Below are positions 62,726 to 64,000 of a stretch of 64,000 nucleotides of DNA, in pieces (the first letter of the stretch is position 1; every line of letters begins with the position of its first letter). The notes beneath the pieces are model-generated. The model was not told where the DNA came from. It saw only the letters and a program-made list of their open reading frames with translations, and made no database searches. Location: contig CM059425.1 of the NCBI GenBank assembly GCA_030390025.1, positions 226,858,001-226,922,000 of the forward strand, written 5' to 3'. The DNA comes from Squalus acanthias (lineage: Eukaryota). The translations under genes and the position numbers were made by a program.

Positions 62726-64000
62726 ATGAGGAGAAATTTCTTCACACAGATGGTGGTGAATCTTTGGAATTCTCTACGCCAGAGGCCTGTGGTGGCTCAG
62801 TCGTGAGCATATTCAAGACAGAGATCGATAGATTTTTGAATATTAAGGGAATCAAGGGATATGGGGATAGTTCAGGAAAGTGGAGATGAGGTAGAAGATC
62901 AGCCATGATCTTATTGAATGGCAGAGCAGGCTCAAAGGGCCGAATGGCCTACTCCTACTTCTTATGTTCTGAGAGTAGTGAGTATGTAGTGCCATATTTC
63001 CGAGATTGATTGACCCCCCTCAATTGCCGCCGTGTTCTCGGCTTGTTTCAGGAAGCCCCGAAGCCCGTGGATCACACGTTAAACTGAAAAATCTGTGTCA
63101 ATATCGTGCTTTGGAGCCGGCTTCTCCACGCACTGTCAATTTCATCGGCTTTAACCCCCCCCCACTCCCAAACCCACGTGCACCTCCATATTAAAATTCA
63201 GCCCCTAATATCTGCCGACACTTCATTGCAGTACTACGAGAGTGCTGTATTGTCGGATGTGCTATCTTTTGGATGAGTTGACGGAGTCTGCCTGTTCGGG
63301 TAGATGTGAAAGATCTCACAGCACTCGTTAAAGAAGAGCATGGAGGTCTCCCAGTGTCCTGGCCAATATTTGTCCCTCAACCAACATCACTAAAACAAAT
63401 GATCAGGTCATTTATCTCATTTGCTGTTTGTGGAATCTTGCTGTGCACAAATTGGCTGTCTTGTTTGCCTACAACAGTAACTGTAATTCAGAATGTACTA
63501 CATTGGCTATTAAGTGCTCTGGGGCATCCTGAAGGTATATGGAAGGCACTATATAAATGCAAATCCTGTCTTTCGGTCATAAAACTTCTGAGGGAGGATT
63601 TGAAATTAATATTTAAATCAATATATAAACTAGCATGGCACAGATGGAGTAGAAGTAAGTAAGTACTGAATATATTTAAGGAGATAGATTTCTAGACACA
63701 AAAGGCATCAAGGGGTATGGGGAGAGAGCAGGAATATGGTATTGAGATAGAGGATCAGCCATGATCGTGTTGAATGGCAGAGCAGGCTCGAAGGGCCTAC
63801 TCCTGTTCCTATTTTTCTATGTTTCTAATTAACAGATCAGATTAAAAGTATACTCTGTGACCATCTTAGACTCATCACATCTCAACCAACTTTGGTTACC
63901 TATTTACTGAGACTTCTGGCCACTCAACACACCCATTCACCTCATTAAATTTCAATGCTTGCTCTGTAGAACTGAAACCAATTTACACCCATAGTTCATA

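Overview
Repeat-rich vertebrate genomic DNA, most likely from a cartilaginous fish (inferred from the DeuSINE/SacSINE1-like, CR1, Penelope and Harbinger repeat content). It contains one complete, clearly recognisable gene: ERI1 (3'-5' exoribonuclease 1, SAP plus DEDDh domains) on the minus strand. ERI1 has 7 coding exons from 47032 to 27751 that splice in frame to 345 aa. A second, unidentified gene, missed by the ORF track, converges on it from the plus strand. Three phase-compatible GT-AG exons (16597-16651, 17735-17837, 19185-19306) encode a C-terminus ending in a CaaX box (SSLCTVL*). The rest is nested mobile DNA: CR1 and L2 LINEs, a LINE family whose 5' end is a tRNA-derived SINE head, DeuSINE-like SINEs, Penelope-like elements with minimal hammerhead ribozyme motifs, hAT and Harbinger MITEs, a Harbinger transposon and solo LTRs. 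Two G/purine-rich minisatellites bracket ERI1 exon 1, and there is one assembly gap (40529-41157). Exon coordinates were read base by base. Repeat boundaries without a stated target-site duplication (TSD) are approximate, and repeat family names are from recognition, not database searches.
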